Positions 61,936 through 64,000 of a DNA stretch of 64,000 nucleotides are shown piece after piece; the first letter of the stretch is position 1, and every line of letters begins with the position of its first letter. Under the pieces are notes generated by a model. That model saw nothing but the letters and a program-made list of their open reading frames with translations. It was not told the DNA's origin and made no database searches. Location of the stretch: positions 124,001-188,000 of the forward strand of contig NIVC01001361.1 in the NCBI GenBank assembly GCA_002269645.1, given 5' to 3'. The position numbers and the translations under genes are program-made. The DNA comes from Macrostomum lignano (taxonomy: Eukaryota).

Positions 61936-62828
61936 ATACTTCTATTTTAATTTCTCTACTTTAGCTTAACCCTAGTAATGGTGGAAGTAGTTTAAAATTA
62001 TTTTAGAATCTATAACTATTTTGAAGAACTTTTAATTTTTGTTAAGTAGTTTTTTGTCAGAAATACAACAACAAAAATTATATAATCAAATAAACGCTTG
62101 CTTAATAGCTGGGATAGTTATTTAAATTAGGCAAAAATTTAAAACGTGTCTTGTCTTGCTAATTTACCACACTTTATGCCTATTTTGCATCTTATTACTA
62201 TAAGTAGTGCTTGGCTGCAGTATTTAAGTTTCTGCCGCAAAATCAAAAGTTTTTTGGATGCGGCAGAAACCGTGAAACCAGCGCGCTTCCGAGTCACTTC
62301 TTGGCTAATTAAAATTACCTAGCATAGATAATACTACTGGTGGATATTGGTTTAAGTAGTATATTTTATCGTTTTATGTTTTTATTTAGAAATTGCTGTG
62401 CGATTCTATATTTCGACGTGTGATCAGCCCTTCCGTTCTTATAATGCTTTTAGTCATTTGTGTTTACAATATTGTCTCTCACGTGCTGTATGCTCCGAAA
62501 CGGTGTGTCCTATCCCATTGGCATCCCATTGTTATAGGTGTATTACACTCATTAGTGATAACCAGTAGAACTATGGGCTTTGTAAGCTTATGTAATAATT
62601 CTAGTGTTAGGTAACCGGAATTTTAATAGATAATTTATACCATTGCATTCTATTTAGACCGTTTTTTGTTTATTTAAAGCAGGCGCCTTAGCGGAAAGTC
62701 TGAATCACGTGAACATAGTGAGCTTGGGTTTTGTGGTGGATACAACCGTAGACAAAAGTTGTACTTTTGCTTTCTACAAGCAGACCCATTAAATTCGCAT
62801 CTGTTTGAAGCTGCACTGCACTAAATCC

Positions 62829-63020
62829 TGTGCTCTCTCATTGGCTGAGCTAGATTGGCCCTGCCCACTAGGCTGTCTCCTTACTGCTCTCTCATTGGCT
62901 GAGCTAGATTGGCCCTGCCCACTAGGCTGTCTCCTTACTGCTCTCTCATTGGCTGAGCTAGATTGGCCCTGCCCACTAGGCTGTCTCCTTACTGCTCTCT
63001 CATTGGCTGAGCTAGATTAG
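62829..63020. repeat. 3.5 copies of a 54-bp unit, each with two ATTGG (reverse CCAAT) motifs
   Basis: tgctctctcattggctgagctagattggccctgcccactaggctgtctccttac. Confidence 0.9.
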
Positions 63021-63544
63021 GCCAGCCCCCTATGCTGAGTTTCGTCCGTCTTGCCTTCACTTGTGTACATTGATTTTAATGCTTTTTGTTCTTTCTTAAC
63101 CCCATATGGTCCTGAGGCTGTTAACCCGGAGGAAGGAAAGGAAATTCTTTGTCTGCCACATTGAACTTACTGTGCAAACAAACTACTGAAAAGAGTAGAT
63201 GCTCTTCATCCTTAAGTTAAAAGTTGCATATCTAGTTATTTTAGTATCTGCAGTGCTGTGCGACTTAAGCATGTTATTCTGACTTTCTGTATGAAACACA
63301 AGACGGAAAACAGAATGTAAAGATGGTATAAATTTAATAGAATTAGTAAACCTGTGAATGGATATACTAGACACATGTGGATACATAATCCCGCTTAAAT
63401 CCTGTTTACGTGTAGCCAATGTGTTTATTTATATATAGTAGCCATTTTGTGTTTCGCAACAATAGCTGTGCTATGCATAGCCGAATGTCGTACACTCACT
63501 CACTCTCACTCCTCTTCTTCACCTTCATTCTCCTGGCTGTGTAG

Positions 63545-64000
63545 GCTAATTTCCTATCCCCAGTGCTCCCAGTCGGCATGGCAACCGCGTCCAATATGAA
63601 ATTGTGGAAAAGCTTTGAGATTGACATTCAGACTCAGCGCGCCGTGTTGAAATCGCAGCGCGCCACTGTTGGCGCCGGCGGAGCCTCTGGCAGCCTCGGT
63701 GCCGGTAGCGGCAGCGGCTGCGGCGGCCTTCCGCCAAGGACGCGCAGCGTTGATGCTCGAAATTCGCCTCAGCAGCCGCCGCCAGCCCCCGTTCAGCCGC
63801 CCCGCCGCCGCCCCCGCCGCCTCCGCCGACGTCGACGTCGTCTGCTGGTGCCAGCGGCTTCGTTGGCAACAACAATGGCCAGTCGGCGGTGTCGGGAATG
63901 GGTGACCGCGCCGGTGCGCCAGCGGCGTCTGCAACTGCTGCCAGTCACGACGACAACGTGCTGTTAAATGCGGAGGTTATCAGAGACGAGCGAACCCAGG
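63545..64000 (+). CDS. NF1: NF1 exon 30 (apparent 1-bp deletion at 63800-63803; runs off the window)
   Basis: Polypyrimidine tract + TAG|GCT phase 0. KLWKSFE; after restoring one C it reads ...DDNVLLNAEVIRDERTQ, matching the conserved NF1 SNVLLDxEVLxDxxIQA. Confidence 0.85.

Noticed and set aside
62228-62270. 12-bp inverted repeat resembling a terminator hairpin
   Set aside because: Isolated short palindrome in eukaryotic intron DNA with no supporting context.
53036-63544. Homologues of the vertebrate NF1-nested genes OMG/EVI2A/EVI2B
   Set aside because: No LRR or transmembrane-type ORF on the minus strand; the nested gene here is an unrelated same-strand kinase.

Overview
Eukaryotic (animal) genomic DNA with GC-rich exons and AT-rich or minisatellite-filled introns. 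The style suggests a free-living flatworm such as Macrostomum (inference only, not verified). Exons were reconstructed by eye from GT-AG sites, reading-frame phase and remembered homology. Four protein-coding genes were found. (1) The 5' part of DLST (2-oxoglutarate dehydrogenase E2) on the minus strand, 3 exons. (2) An intronless 395-aa orphan ORF on the minus strand. (3) A large neurofibromin (NF1) gene on the plus strand, at least 30 exons from 13240 to beyond 64000, with two 1-bp homopolymer frameshifts that look like consensus errors. (4) A six-exon, 494-aa divergent AGC/PKA-like kinase lying wholly inside NF1 intron 29 on the SAME strand. The NF1 C-terminal motif (NVLLxxEV...Q) resumes only after the kinase. 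Mobile DNA comprises a decayed ~3 kb RTE-like LINE, a Merlin/IS1595-like transposase relic, a tRNA-derived SINE family (4 copies, one with a 12-bp TSD) and several MITE-like elements. About 35 tandem arrays are present, almost all inside introns. Top leads: the same-strand nested pseudokinase-like gene in NF1; pervasive intron-confined minisatellites, some shared between introns; a near transition-only (CpG and CpA deamination-like) mutation signature in local repeats; a candidate in-frame NF1 cassette exon; and a 93-bp exon copy pasted into a neighbouring intron array. Most long ORFs in the supplied track are artefacts of tandem repeats.
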